From: Alphaproteobacteria bacterium | Lineage (GTDB): Bacteria; Pseudomonadota; Alphaproteobacteria; SP197 | Reading direction: 5' to 3' | Assembly: GCA_964291265.2 (NCBI GenBank) | Contig: OZ219746.1 | Coordinates: 1-64,000 of the forward strand | Length of the DNA: 64,000 nucleotides | Part shown: in pieces, positions 40,395 to 52,879 of the stretch | How the letters are laid out: each line of letters begins with the position of its first letter | Position numbering within the stretch: position 1 is the first letter of the stretch | Notes under the pieces: generated by a model | What the model was told of the DNA's origin: nothing | What the model saw: only the letters and a program-made list of their open reading frames with translations | Databases searched by the model: none | Program-made: the position numbers and the translations under genes

Positions 40395-40924
40395 GGGTTG
40401 GAAGGGGGAAGGTGTTCGTCATGGCGGCACCCTACGCCGAACAGCACCAGGGCGGCAATCGCGGCGCCTGACCCGGGGTGAGGCCTGCCAGACGTCAAGA
40501 CCTCGATGGCGCTTGTTCCTCAGGTCGCCGCCATGCCCGTACTTCACTCGGGTGGCCTCAGCCCAAGCTATGGCCCCTCCCTATGCTGGGTTGTGGAACT
40601 GATAGAAGACCAGTGATCACCCGCGATTTTGGCAACAAACTTCAAGGTCACCAACCCGCCCTCGTCCCCGCCTTCGATACCTCAAGACCGCTTCGCTGCC
40701 TGCCGAAGCCATAGTGGCAGGAAAGGACGCCCGGGAGACCTCATGCACGATGACCTGCAAGCGTCCGGTCTTGCCCCGGTATTCGCTCGGCACTCTCTCA
40801 GGCGCCGTCATCCCCTGATGAGCGAACGCTTACGGATCATCGCGGTCGGGGCTGAGGCGCGTCGAAGCCCGGTTCGCCGAACGCGCTGGGAGCCACGGCG
40901 GCAGCGGTCGCGGGCCGTGGTCCG

Positions 40925-41392
40925 ATGACTGACGTGTTGCTGTCGAACGATGAGCTCAACCGACACCGATTGGCCTTGAAGCGGGTGAGGAATCCCAATG
41001 CCCGTTGGCGGGCACAACCCGGACGGCACAAACAGCGGAATTTCAATGCCGTAACGGAAGACGGGGCGGTCTACCGGATCTACCAACGGCAGGATCTGGA
41101 TGACCATCTGGACTTCTCGTGCGGCTTGGTGCTGACGCGGTGCCGCGGCAAGCCGTTGAGCTTGGTTCGCTACAACGGGGCGAGTCACGTACACGTGAAG
41201 ATCCGCTATGCTTGTCATGTTCATCGTGCTACGGCCGAGGCACTCGCGGCCGGGAGGAAAGTCGACAGCCACGCCGAAGGAACGGATCGATACAGGACCG
41301 TGGAGGGAGCGCTTGCGTGCCTGATGGAAGATTGTGGCGTGGAGGGTCTTTCCGCGAATCATGACGAGCTGGACTTGTTCGATGGCGCTTGA
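40925..41392 (+). CDS. Hypothetical protein (DUF6978-like, RYNG..H.H ... HVH motif)
   Basis: LVRYNGASHVH...CHVHRAT; overlaps the next gene. Confidence 0.55.
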   Translation: MTDVLLSNDELNRHRLALKRVRNPNARWRAQPGRHKQRNFNAVTEDGAVYRIYQRQDLDDHLDFSCGLVLTRCRGKPLSLVRYNGASHVHVKIRYACHVHRATAEALAAGRKVDSHAEGTDRYRTVEGALACLMEDCGVEGLSANHDELDLFDGA

Positions 41393-42164
41393 TCATGTGC
41401 AACTGGAAAGGCTGCTGTGCGAGCGCCTGTGCGCAGAGGTCAGGCTTCACCGGCGCGAGGACGATGTGCTGATGATGGAATCGCCATTCACCTTTCCGGA
41501 TGGCGACCACTTCCCCATCTACTTGTCCGAAACGGCGGCCGGAGGCGTGAAACTCAGCGATCGCGGTCACACCCTGATGCATCTGAGCTACGAGCATGAC
41601 GTGAAGTTGTTCTACGAAGGCGCGCGCGCGTCTCTTCGTGAGCAAATCGTGCGTGAGAGCGGCATTGATGAAGACGAGGGCATCTTCTCCATCGAGACGC
41701 CGCTGGACCAGGTGGCGGGCACGCTGTTCAGGTTCGGGCAGGCATTGACGAAGATCCATGACCTGACGTTCCTGAGCCGAGAGAGGAGCGCCTTGACGTT
41801 CGATGAGGACCTGTGCGAGCTGGTCTTCGCCATCCTCGACGAGGAAGTCGTCGAGAGGGGCTACATACCGCCTGAGGTTCCGGACGCCAGACACTATCCG
41901 GTGGACTACCGTTTTGAGGGGAAGGACGGGATGTCGGTGTTCCTCTACGGGATTCCGGGCCGTGACAAGGCGCGGTTGAAGACAATCATGCTGTCGCATT
42001 TTCTGCTTCACCGTGTGCCTTTCGAGTCGGTCCTCGTTTTTGCAAATCAGCAGGAGATACCGAGACTCGACCTCGCGCGGCTGACCAATGTTGCCGGAAC
42101 CGCGGTCGCCTCGCTCGAGGCGGAAGACGATCTGCGCCGAAAGCTCGAACGCCTTGCTGCGTGA
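41382..42164 (+). CDS. DUF1828-like protein
   Basis: SPF.FPDGD...IY, LSDRGHTLMHLSY, Y.VDY. Confidence 0.65.
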   Translation: MALDHVQLERLLCERLCAEVRLHRREDDVLMMESPFTFPDGDHFPIYLSETAAGGVKLSDRGHTLMHLSYEHDVKLFYEGARASLREQIVRESGIDEDEGIFSIETPLDQVAGTLFRFGQALTKIHDLTFLSRERSALTFDEDLCELVFAILDEEVVERGYIPPEVPDARHYPVDYRFEGKDGMSVFLYGIPGRDKARLKTIMLSHFLLHRVPFESVLVFANQQEIPRLDLARLTNVAGTAVASLEAEDDLRRKLERLAA

Positions 42165-42406
42165 ACGCGTTCCGAACAAGGACACGACCACTGTGCTGTG
42201 ACGGGTATCGATGGCGATGGGTCGCCGAGAGCGTACTCTGACCTGCCCCCGTCGACTGGTGTCGGGTGAGTGCTGGCGCATTGAGGATTTCTCCGCCAGG
42301 CTGGGTGTTGAGCCGGCGGAGCGGAGCCGTGCGGCCAGCTTGGCGTCATGATCGTCTCGGGTGCTGGCGGCTGGTATCCCAAGCCGCCATGTGGTCGCAT
42401 GGAGTT

Positions 42407-44942
42407 GTCGTAACGCCCCGAACGCAAAAGGCACTTCTGCTTTGAGCGCGAAGTTGTGCATTGGCGCGACCGCCCTTTGATTGATTGGAGACGCAAACGG
42501 TAATATCGTTATGACAAATGGCCCGATCATCGCGATCCCAAAAGGTCGAGCGGCTCAATACCGCGTACACCTTGCTCGCCCAAGGCGTGACGGCAAGCGA
42601 AGCGGTGCTTTGCCTGTCTCAGCGCTTCGGTTTGTCACGGCGTCAGGCGTATCGCTACCTCCAGGAGGCGTGCGCCATGAGCCAGCCGGTCGAGCCGGCC
42701 GAGGCGGTGATCCCGATCACCATCAAGATTCCAGGCACGTTGGCGGAGGCTTTGCGGGCGCATTCCAGGAGCAGCGGCGATTCGATAGGGGAGATCGTCG
42801 CGCGGGCTTTGAGACGCTTCTTCTCGGACATGGGTCGTCATGGCTGAACGCCGCTCAAGCTCTCGGCCCGCCGCCAAGCTCCAGAACGCCTACGCGATCC
42901 TGGTGCCCGATCGGGCCCACAAGATCCCGCCGCGAACCCGCGACGTAGGAGACGATCATGAAGATTGCAGCCCTGTACGCGCGGGTCTCGGGCGAGCAGC
43001 AAAGGGATAGCAACACGATCGCCAGCCAGACCGAGGCCTTGGTTGCCTACGCCGAACGCCATGGCTACTGCGTGGCGCCCGACATGGTCATCGAGGATGA
43101 CGGCTACGGCTATACCGGCGCGGTTCTCGAACGCCCGGGGCTGGAGCGTGTCAGGGACCTTGCCGCGGAGGGGCGCATCGAGGCCGTCCTGGTCCATGCC
43201 CCGGATCGCTTGAGCCGCCGCTATGCCTATCAGGTTCTGATCATCGAGGAGCTGGCCCGCCAGGGCGTTGAGACCGTGTTCCTGAACGCGCCGTCGATGG
43301 AAACCCCAGAAGACCATCTCCTCGTCCAGTTCCAGGGAATGATCGCGGAATACGAGCGGGCGCAGATTCTGGAGCGTTCCCGTCGCGGCAAGCGTCATCG
43401 GGCGCGACGCGGCGAGGTCGCCGTCCTCGCCGGCGCACCCTATGGCTACCGCTACCACAAGAAAACCCAGGACAGCGACGCTTTCTACGAAATCTCCGAA
43501 CCGCAGACGTCCGTGGTTCGCGACATCTACCGCCATTACACCGAAGATCACGTCAGCATCGGCGCGATCGCTCGCACACTCAACGAGCGCGGTGTCCCCA
43601 CGTCTTCCGGGCGCTCGCGCTGGGAACGCTCGGTGGCATGGGCGATCCTGCGGAATCCGGCGTACAAGGGAAGGGCGTGCTTCGGCAATACCCGGGTGGC
43701 GCCGCGCCGCAGCGTGCGGCCTCTGCGCCGCCGCGACGGGTTCGCCGACAGCAACACTGCCGGTCACGAACGGCCGCGGAAGGCTGGATCGAGATCCCGG
43801 TGCCGGCGATCGTCAGCGAAGAGACCTTCGCCCTCGCCGAAGAACGGCCGCAACGCAACAAGGTCTTCTCCAAACAGTCATGAACGTCGGCGTGCCTGCT
43901 TACCCCGCGCCATGAAACGTGAGCCTGTTGTGGCCGTTGGACAAGTGCGTTGATCCGGCGTATTGGTGCACGATCATGCGAGCAGGTGGAGGTGGGTGAC
44001 GAGGACGCTTGTATTTCGACGATGTCCTGACGCCTGAACGAACCAGACCCTTGATGGCCATAGACGCGGGGTAGCCGGAAAGGTCCAAGGTTCGTCAACA
44101 GGCGTCAGCCAGAACCACCACACGGCGGTCAGGCATGCGCCTGACCGACAGGTCGCTCGCGCCCTGTTCAACAAAAGGCGTCGCAGGGATCAGAAATGTT
44201 TCACAGCAAGCGTAGGACCAAAACACCCAGCGTCTCGCAGGGGCTCGTGGCGTGCGGCAAATGCGGCTACGCGCTGTATCGCACGTCGGCCCGAACCACT
44301 GCCCGCAAGATCTCCTACTACCGCTGCCTGGGTTCCGACGCCTGGCGCCATCTCAACGGCCCTCTGTGCAACAGCCGTCCCGTGCGCCAGGATCTGCTCG
44401 ATGACATCGTATGGACCGAGCTGGTCCGCTTGCTCGAAGATCCGGCGCTCGTGAAAGCAGAGATCGACCGACGACTGGAGGCAGCCCGTGTCTCCGATCC
44501 AAGCCAGTAGCGCGAGGCCGACCTTCGGCATCGGCTGATCAGGGTCCGCAAGGCCATCGACCGCCTCGTCACGGCCTATCAGGAGGAGTTGATCACCATC
44601 GACGAGTTGCGCAACAGAACGCCCGAGCTCCGCCGTCAGGAACAAGCGCTGCATCGCGAACTGCAATCCACTGTCGATCGCGCCAAGGATCGAGAGACTT
44701 ATCTTCGGCTCGCCGAGACTCTGACCGGCTTTCTGGCGCGGCTGCATTCGTCAGCCGAAACTCTGGACATCGCCGAACGGCAGCGTATCGCCCGGCTCCT
44801 CGTGAAGGAGATACTTGTCACCGAGGACAAAATCACTATCCGCCATTCCATCCCGATCTCGGGCTCGCCGGGCGCGGACCCGTCGAAACCCGACAACGGC
44901 GGAACCGAAGGCGAGAGTTACCTTTCGCGTTCAGGGCGTCGT
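42407..44942 (+). mobile_element. Small serine-recombinase integrative element
   Basis: GTCGT duplicated at 42407-42411 and 44938-44942. Inward imperfect IRs ACGCCCCGAACGCAAAAGG / ACGCCCTGAACGCGAAAGG. Confidence 0.75.
42518..42847 (+). CDS. Small HTH/RHH-like DNA-binding protein of the recombinase element
   Basis: FGLSRRQAYRYL (HTH-like) and ITIKIP..L...LR (RHH-like). Confidence 0.6.
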   Translation: MARSSRSQKVERLNTAYTLLAQGVTASEAVLCLSQRFGLSRRQAYRYLQEACAMSQPVEPAEAVIPITIKIPGTLAEALRAHSRSSGDSIGEIVARALRRFFSDMGRHG

Positions 44943-44963
44943 GGCGCCGCCATGCTTCAATGA
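42958..44963 (+). pseudogene. Large serine recombinase (frameshift, ~320-bp insert at ~43876-44207, TAG at 44508)
   Basis: ALYARVS, D.GY.G..L.RPGL, DRLSR, PYGY, ILRNP.Y.G, zinc ribbon CGKCG...YYRC, coiled coil. Confidence 0.85.
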
Positions 44964-45552
44964 TGATCCGGGCCTCGTTCAGACTGTCGAGGATCTCGTC
45001 GCGGAACCGCGCGTTGGAGCTTTCGATACAGCCGATCTCCCAGGGTGAGCCCGGCTCGATGAAGGCGGTTCGGGCGCCGACCGCGTCGGTCCAGCGCCTG
45101 ACCGGCGGCGAACTGGGGTCCGTTGTCGGAACGGATCCCAGACCGGGGACGCGGTGCAGGATGAACAGGTCGGTCAGCACGTCGATGACATCGGCAGAGG
45201 AAGGCTTGCGCCTTGACCGGATCGCCAGGTTCTCGCGGGCGAACTCGTCCAGGAGGTTGAGCATGCTTGAGCGTTTGCGCGGCAGTGTCCGCTGATCGTG
45301 ACGCCGGGCGGATGAACCGGTCCGGTCCCGGTCGCAACATGGCAACGCCTCCCTGAATGGCGTCAACGTCGCGCCAAGGTCCCCGGCTGCGTCGACGTCT
45401 CCTCCAATGAACCATCGCAGGCCGGCGTTTCGCAAGCCACCAACCTTCACCGCGACAGCCGGGATCCCGCGCCTGTGGGGCGTCATGTGGCCCGGGCGGG
45501 CCATGAAGGTCCGCCCGGGCCACAGCGAGATGGCGGTTCTTCCTTCCCTGGT

Positions 45553-47960
<2,408 letters not shown>

Positions 47961-47986
47961 AATCATGCCCGGGGGATACCTGCCTT

Positions 47987-48889
47987 ATGAAACGCCTGCC
48001 CACGATGAAGCAGCTCCAGTATCTGGTGGCGCTGGCCGATACCCGGCACTTCGGCCGCGCGGCAAGACGCTGCCACATCACCCAGTCGACGCTCAGCGCG
48101 GGTATTCGTGACCTGGAGTCGGTGCTCGGCACCGCAGTCGCCGAGCGTTCCAATCGGCGGATGCTGATGACTCGGGTTGGCGCCGAGGTCGCCGAGCGGG
48201 CGAAGGCCTTGTTGCGCGACGCCGAAGAAATCATGGAGGTGGCGAGGGCCGGGCGTTCCGCGATGACGGGCGAGATGCGCCTTGGGGTCATCCCGACGAT
48301 CGGCCCCTTTCTCCTGCCGCGCGTTCTTCCGGGTCTGAGGGAGAGGTTCCCGGACCTGACACTCTACTTGAGGGAGGAACAGACGGCTCCGCTTCTCGCC
48401 CGGCTGGAAGACGGAGAGCTGGACGCTACCCTGATCGCGTTGCCCTACGAGACTCGAGACCTCGAAATCCGCATCATCCTCGAGGATGAGTTCCTGTTCG
48501 CCTGCAACCGGGATCATGCGCTTGCCGGCGCCAGCGAAGTGGCCCTCGACGCGCTTGTCGGCGAACGCCTCCTGTTGCTGGAAGAAGGTCACTGCCTGCG
48601 CGGTCACGCGCTGATCGTCTGCGAGACAGGCGACACGGACGCGCGGGCGCAGTTCGAGGCCAGCAGCCTGCACACCCTGGTGCAGATGGCCGCGGCGGGA
48701 ATCGGCGTCACCCTGGTGCCGCAACTCGCGGTCGATGCCCATATCACCCAGGGAACGGGTCTCTCGCTGTCGCGCCTTGCCATGCCCGCGTCGCGCCGGA
48801 TCGGACTGGCCTGGCGCCGAAAGTCCCTGCGGGTGCAGGAGTTCTCGCTGCTGGCGGACGCGCTGCGCGAACTGGCGGATACCGCGTGA
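47987..48889 (+). CDS. oxyR: LysR-family hydrogen peroxide-inducible activator
   Basis: LysR HTH; LEEGHCLRGHAL.VC carrying both redox cysteines; divergent from katG. Confidence 0.92.
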   Translation: MKRLPTMKQLQYLVALADTRHFGRAARRCHITQSTLSAGIRDLESVLGTAVAERSNRRMLMTRVGAEVAERAKALLRDAEEIMEVARAGRSAMTGEMRLGVIPTIGPFLLPRVLPGLRERFPDLTLYLREEQTAPLLARLEDGELDATLIALPYETRDLEIRIILEDEFLFACNRDHALAGASEVALDALVGERLLLLEEGHCLRGHALIVCETGDTDARAQFEASSLHTLVQMAAAGIGVTLVPQLAVDAHITQGTGLSLSRLAMPASRRIGLAWRRKSLRVQEFSLLADALRELADTA

Positions 48890-49206
48890 CGTCTCCCGCT
48901 CCGCATGACCTGGGGAGCCATGCGGCCGATCGCGTTAGGCGGAGACGAAGCCCGGCAACTTCCGGAGCGGGAACGTTGCCGCCTTGCCAAGCCCGTCGGA
49001 TCGGTCATGATTCCCGTTCGCAGATGGAGGGGAAGGGATGATGCGGGTCCTGTCGGACGATAGGAGCGGGACGCTCAACGATCCGGTGCCGATTGAATGG
49101 CGTTTCCCTGGACCGGGCGCCGGGATTCCGGCCGACTCCCCGCCTGTCGGACGCGATCTGTGTGGAATTGTCGCCGGACAGGCCGCATCCGGGTCGGGAG
49201 GCGGCC

Positions 49207-51282
49207 ATGTCTCGTGATCCCCGTTACGACATTCTCTTCGAACCCGTGCAAATCGGGCCCGTTACGGCGAGGAACCGCTTCTATCAGGTGCCCCACTGCA
49301 ACGGCATGGGGCGCACCTTTCCGTCCAGCATGGCGGCAATGCGCGGCGTCAAGGCCGAGGGCGGCTGGGCCGTGGTCTCGACCGAACAGATCGACATCCA
49401 CCCCTCGACCGACATCACCGGCGCAACCGAGGGGCGGCTGTGGTCGGATCAGGACATCCCCTACCTCGCACGCATGTGCGATGCCGTCCACGAACACGGC
49501 TCCCTCGCGCTGATCGAATTGACCCACAACGGCAAGTTCGCACCGGCGTCCTACAGCCGCGAGGTGCCGCTCTTTCCGTCCCACATGCCCGTGGTCGGCA
49601 ACGCGCCGGTGCAGGCCCGCGCCATGGACAGGACCGACATCAGGAACTACCGGCGCTGGCATCTGGACGCCGTGAAGCGCGCCAGAAGGGCCGGTTTCGA
49701 CATCGTCTGCTGCTATGCCGCCCACAACCTCTCGCTCGCCGGCCAGTTCATGCAGCCGCGTTACAACCGCCGCACCGACGAGTACGGCGGCAGTCTGGAG
49801 AACCGTGTCCGCCTTTTCCGAGAAATCATCGAGGACGCCAAGGAGGCGGTTGGCGACACGATGGGCGTGGTGGCGCGCTTCGCCGTCGACGAAAGGCGCG
49901 GTGGCGAAGGCATGGAATTCGACAAGGAAGGGCGCGAGGTTGTCGAGATGCTGGCCGAACTGCCCGATCTCTGGGACGTCAACGTGGCCGAGTGGGAGAA
50001 CGACAGCATCACCAGCCGTTTCGCGGACGAGGGATTCCAGGAACCCTTCATCTCCTTCGTCAAGCAGGTCACCACCAGGCCCGTGGTGGCCGTCGGCCGC
50101 TACACCACGCCCGACCGCATGGTTTCGCTCGTGAAGAACGGCATGCTCGACATGATCGGTGCGGCCCGCCCGTCGATCGCCGATCCCTTCATGCCGAAGA
50201 AGATCGAGGAGGGCAGGATCGAGGATCTCCGGGAGTGCATCGGCTGCAACATCTGCGTGGGCTGGGACCACATGCAGTCGCCCATGCGCTGCACCCAGAA
50301 CCCGACCAAGGGCGAGGAGTGGCGCAAGGGCTGGCATCCGGAGCGCATCCCGCACAAGTCGGGAGACGACGAGGTGCTCGTCATCGGCGCGGGGCCCGCG
50401 GGTCTCGAGGCGGCGCTCGCGGCCGGCCAGCGCGGCTACGATGTCACGCTGGCCGAAGCGGAGGAGGAACTGGGCGGCCGTGTCTCCCGCGAAAGTCGCC
50501 TGCCGGGACTCTCCGCCTGGGGCCGGGTGCGCGACTACCGGGTGCACCAGATCCGGCAGTTGGCCAACGTCGAAGTCTATCCCGCCAGCCATCTGACGGC
50601 CGGACAGGTGCTCGAGTTCGGCGCTGACCGCATCGCTGTGGCGACCGGCGCACGCTGGCGCAGGGACGCCTTCGGCCGGACCCACCAGTTCCCGATTCCC
50701 GGCGTCGAGGAAGCGTGCGTGCTCACGCCCGACGACGTCATGTCAGGTGCGGCGCCCGAGGGCCCTGTCCTCGTCTACGACGACGACCACTACTACATGG
50801 GCGGCGTGCTCGCCGAGAAGCTGCGCGGCGACGGGCTTGAGGTGACGCTGGCGACACCCGATCCCGTCGTGTCGTCGTGGACTACCCTGACCCTGGAGCA
50901 GCACCGCATTCAGGCGCGCCTGATCGAGCTTGGCGTCGGCATCGAGGTCAACGCCAGGCTCGCTTCCATCGGCGACGGCGTCGCGGCGCTTGCTTGCGTC
51001 TTCACCGGACGCCGCCGCGAGGTTGCTGCCGCGACGGTCTTGATGGTGACGTCACGCCTGCCCCATGATGCGCTCTATCGCGAACTGGCCGGCGACCCGC
51101 AACGGCTGAGCGACGCCGGCATCGCCTCTCTCCAGCGCATCGGCGACTGTCACGGTCCCGCGACCATCGCTGCGGCTGTCTACGAGGGCCACCGCTTCGC
51201 CCGGGAACTGGGCGCGGAGCCCGGGGAAATCCCCTTCAAGCGGGAACTGACGGAACTGGCAGCGGAGTTCGCGCTACCCTGA
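49207..51282 (+). CDS. Trimethylamine/histamine dehydrogenase-family iron-sulfur flavoprotein
   Basis: RDPRYDILFEP...RNRFYQVPHC (FMN-linking Cys), ECIGCNIC...CTQN 4Fe-4S motif, GAGPAG. Confidence 0.85.
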   Translation: MSRDPRYDILFEPVQIGPVTARNRFYQVPHCNGMGRTFPSSMAAMRGVKAEGGWAVVSTEQIDIHPSTDITGATEGRLWSDQDIPYLARMCDAVHEHGSLALIELTHNGKFAPASYSREVPLFPSHMPVVGNAPVQARAMDRTDIRNYRRWHLDAVKRARRAGFDIVCCYAAHNLSLAGQFMQPRYNRRTDEYGGSLENRVRLFREIIEDAKEAVGDTMGVVARFAVDERRGGEGMEFDKEGREVVEMLAELPDLWDVNVAEWENDSITSRFADEGFQEPFISFVKQVTTRPVVAVGRYTTPDRMVSLVKNGMLDMIGAARPSIADPFMPKKIEEGRIEDLRECIGCNICVGWDHMQSPMRCTQNPTKGEEWRKGWHPERIPHKSGDDEVLVIGAGPAGLEAALAAGQRGYDVTLAEAEEELGGRVSRESRLPGLSAWGRVRDYRVHQIRQLANVEVYPASHLTAGQVLEFGADRIAVATGARWRRDAFGRTHQFPIPGVEEACVLTPDDVMSGAAPEGPVLVYDDDHYYMGGVLAEKLRGDGLEVTLATPDPVVSSWTTLTLEQHRIQARLIELGVGIEVNARLASIGDGVAALACVFTGRRREVAAATVLMVTSRLPHDALYRELAGDPQRLSDAGIASLQRIGDCHGPATIAAAVYEGHRFARELGAEPGEIPFKRELTELAAEFALP

Positions 51283-51499
51283 ACCGAAATCTCGCGTCGG
51301 AACTGCGGTTCCAGACGCGGAAGGGCCGGACGCCGCCGCCAGGTTTCTCAATTGGTTCTCCTCCGGGGAGTGCCTGCCTCCTTGTCCGTGTTGACGACCT
51401 CGACAGGGTCGCGGCCCCTGTCGTCGATCTCGGACATCGTGTGGGCCTGCTCGAGGTTGGCGATGGCACAGGCCTCGATCAGCCTTCGAAGTACTCGGG

Positions 51500-51892
51500 C
51501 ACGATCCTGGCATCGTCGAGGTTGAAGGCGACCGCGCCGATGCTGCGCCGGCGTAAGGTCGAGCACCTCGCCGCGGCGGCAGCCGGTGAGGGCGAGCGGG
51601 CGGATGGCGGCGAGGCCTCTGGCCATCAGGCTTCGCTGGCGTCGCCAGCTGTCAGCGTGTCCGCGGCGATGAACCGGGCAACCTTCTTCGCCGGGTTCCT
51701 TGCGATACCGGGGCAGGGGTTTGAGCGGCGCTCGCGCAATGCCTCTTCCGTGGCGCGGAACATCATTGCACACAATGTCTCGAAGGACCGGTTGGCCGCG
51801 CCGGGCCTGTCCCTGCCCGCCGCATCGAACCACGTGTCCACCTTCTCGGGTTCGACCCGGTCCAGCAGGCATCCTGCCGAAGGCGGGGATCC
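51500..51892 (-). pseudogene. Phage-integrase-like tyrosine recombinase remnant interrupted by the IS21 element (continues ~57214-57242)
   Basis: WFD......PGAANR....L..MM..A, NPC.GI..NP, LALTGCRRGEVL.L. Confidence 0.7.
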
Positions 51893-52370
51893 TGTTGATG
51901 GCTGCATAGAACGGCGGGATTTCGGCGATTTGCCGCGCTTTGTCAGGGTCGTGTTTCTTCCCTGTTGTCAGGTCCTATTGTCACGTCCTGTTGTCGTGGT
52001 TTGAGTGTTCGGCTGGTTGTCTCCCCGAGCGCCGCCGTCTTTTCCTATTGTCGTTTTGGTCCGGTTCGGGTTCCGTCGACCTCTGCTTCGGTCTTGGTGA
52101 CGGTTGCCGGGAGGGTTCCGGTTCCGAGGCACTCGCGGGATTGTTTGTCTTCCCTGTGGGCGGGTCGCGTTGTCCGGTCCCGGGGCGGCGTCTTTGCCGC
52201 CGCCCCGGGTGGATGCTAGATCGGCATCAAGAGAAAGAGCGATGCGATGCCGGGCGGAGTTGTGACGCCCCCCGGCGCAGCACCCGGACGAGCCGGTCAC
52301 GGGGGACCGAACTCCCGTGTATTGTCGAGCCATTTTGCGTCCGGGTCCACCCCCGCTCTCGAGACGGACG

Positions 52371-52847
52371 GTGTGCACGACAGGACGACTGTTCAACTGC
52401 AGGCGGTGTCAGCGGCAGGTTGTTCTCTGCCGGTCGTGTGACCGGGGGCATGTGTATTGCTCCAAGGAGTGCAGGGAGCGGTCCCGGATCGAGCGGCGCC
52501 GCGCGTCGCGTCGTCGCTACCAGAGCACGCTGAAGGGCCGTGAGACGGGCCGTCACCGCCAGCGGCGTTACCGGCTCCGCAAGGCGGAGGAGGCGCGTGC
52601 GTTGAAGGCCAGGGCGGCGATGGTTGCCGAGATCATGGGCACGCAGACGTCTGCTGTGGTGCTGCTTGGCGACGTTCCGGCGGTGTCTGGAGACGCCGGT
52701 TCTGAAGAAATCGTTACGGACCACCCTTCCCGACTGCTGCCGACCTCCCTACCTGCGGTTGTGAAGGCGCAAGAGCGACGCGAATCGCCGCTTCGGTGCG
52801 CCCGGTGCGGACGGGTCGTGACGCATGTGGTGCTGAGGGACCTGTGA
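52371..52847 (+). CDS. Small Cys-rich zinc-finger protein upstream of istA
   Basis: CRRC...CRSCDRG.VYCS.EC, basic helix, C-terminal CARCG. Start codon uncertain. Confidence 0.65.
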   Translation: MCTTGRLFNCRRCQRQVVLCRSCDRGHVYCSKECRERSRIERRRASRRRYQSTLKGRETGRHRQRRYRLRKAEEARALKARAAMVAEIMGTQTSAVVLLGDVPAVSGDAGSEEIVTDHPSRLLPTSLPAVVKAQERRESPLRCARCGRVVTHVVLRDL

Positions 52848-52879
52848 TGCGGCGTTGAGGAACCAAAGGGAGGGAGTTC

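Larger units (their letters stand above)
38865..40833. mobile_element. Non-autonomous IS66-ended element (1,969 bp) carrying an Rpn gene
   Basis: Ends GTAAGCGTTCG / CGAACGCTTAC; 8-bp TSD GGATCATC at 38857-38864 and 40834-40841. No transposase. ~130-bp direct repeats at 39001-39131 and 40703-40833. Confidence 0.85.
42239..45265 (-). pseudogene. IS3-family transposase 3' remnant split by a recombinase element
   Basis: DEF.RE.L, RSDNGP.F, EPGSPW..G..ES.N.RFRDE, IEAWRRH | NS.RPH.GLGY.PPA. IS end TGACCTGCCCCC at 42239. Confidence 0.8.

Noticed and set aside
43876-44207. Defined MITE within the recombinase gene
   Set aside because: An insertion is evident, but I could not identify convincing IRs or a TSD.
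18003-44510. Amber (TAG) recoding suggested by in-frame TAGs in several genes
   Set aside because: TAG terminates intact genes (5784, 28272), and the higA and recombinase relics also carry TAA stops or frameshifts, consistent with decay.
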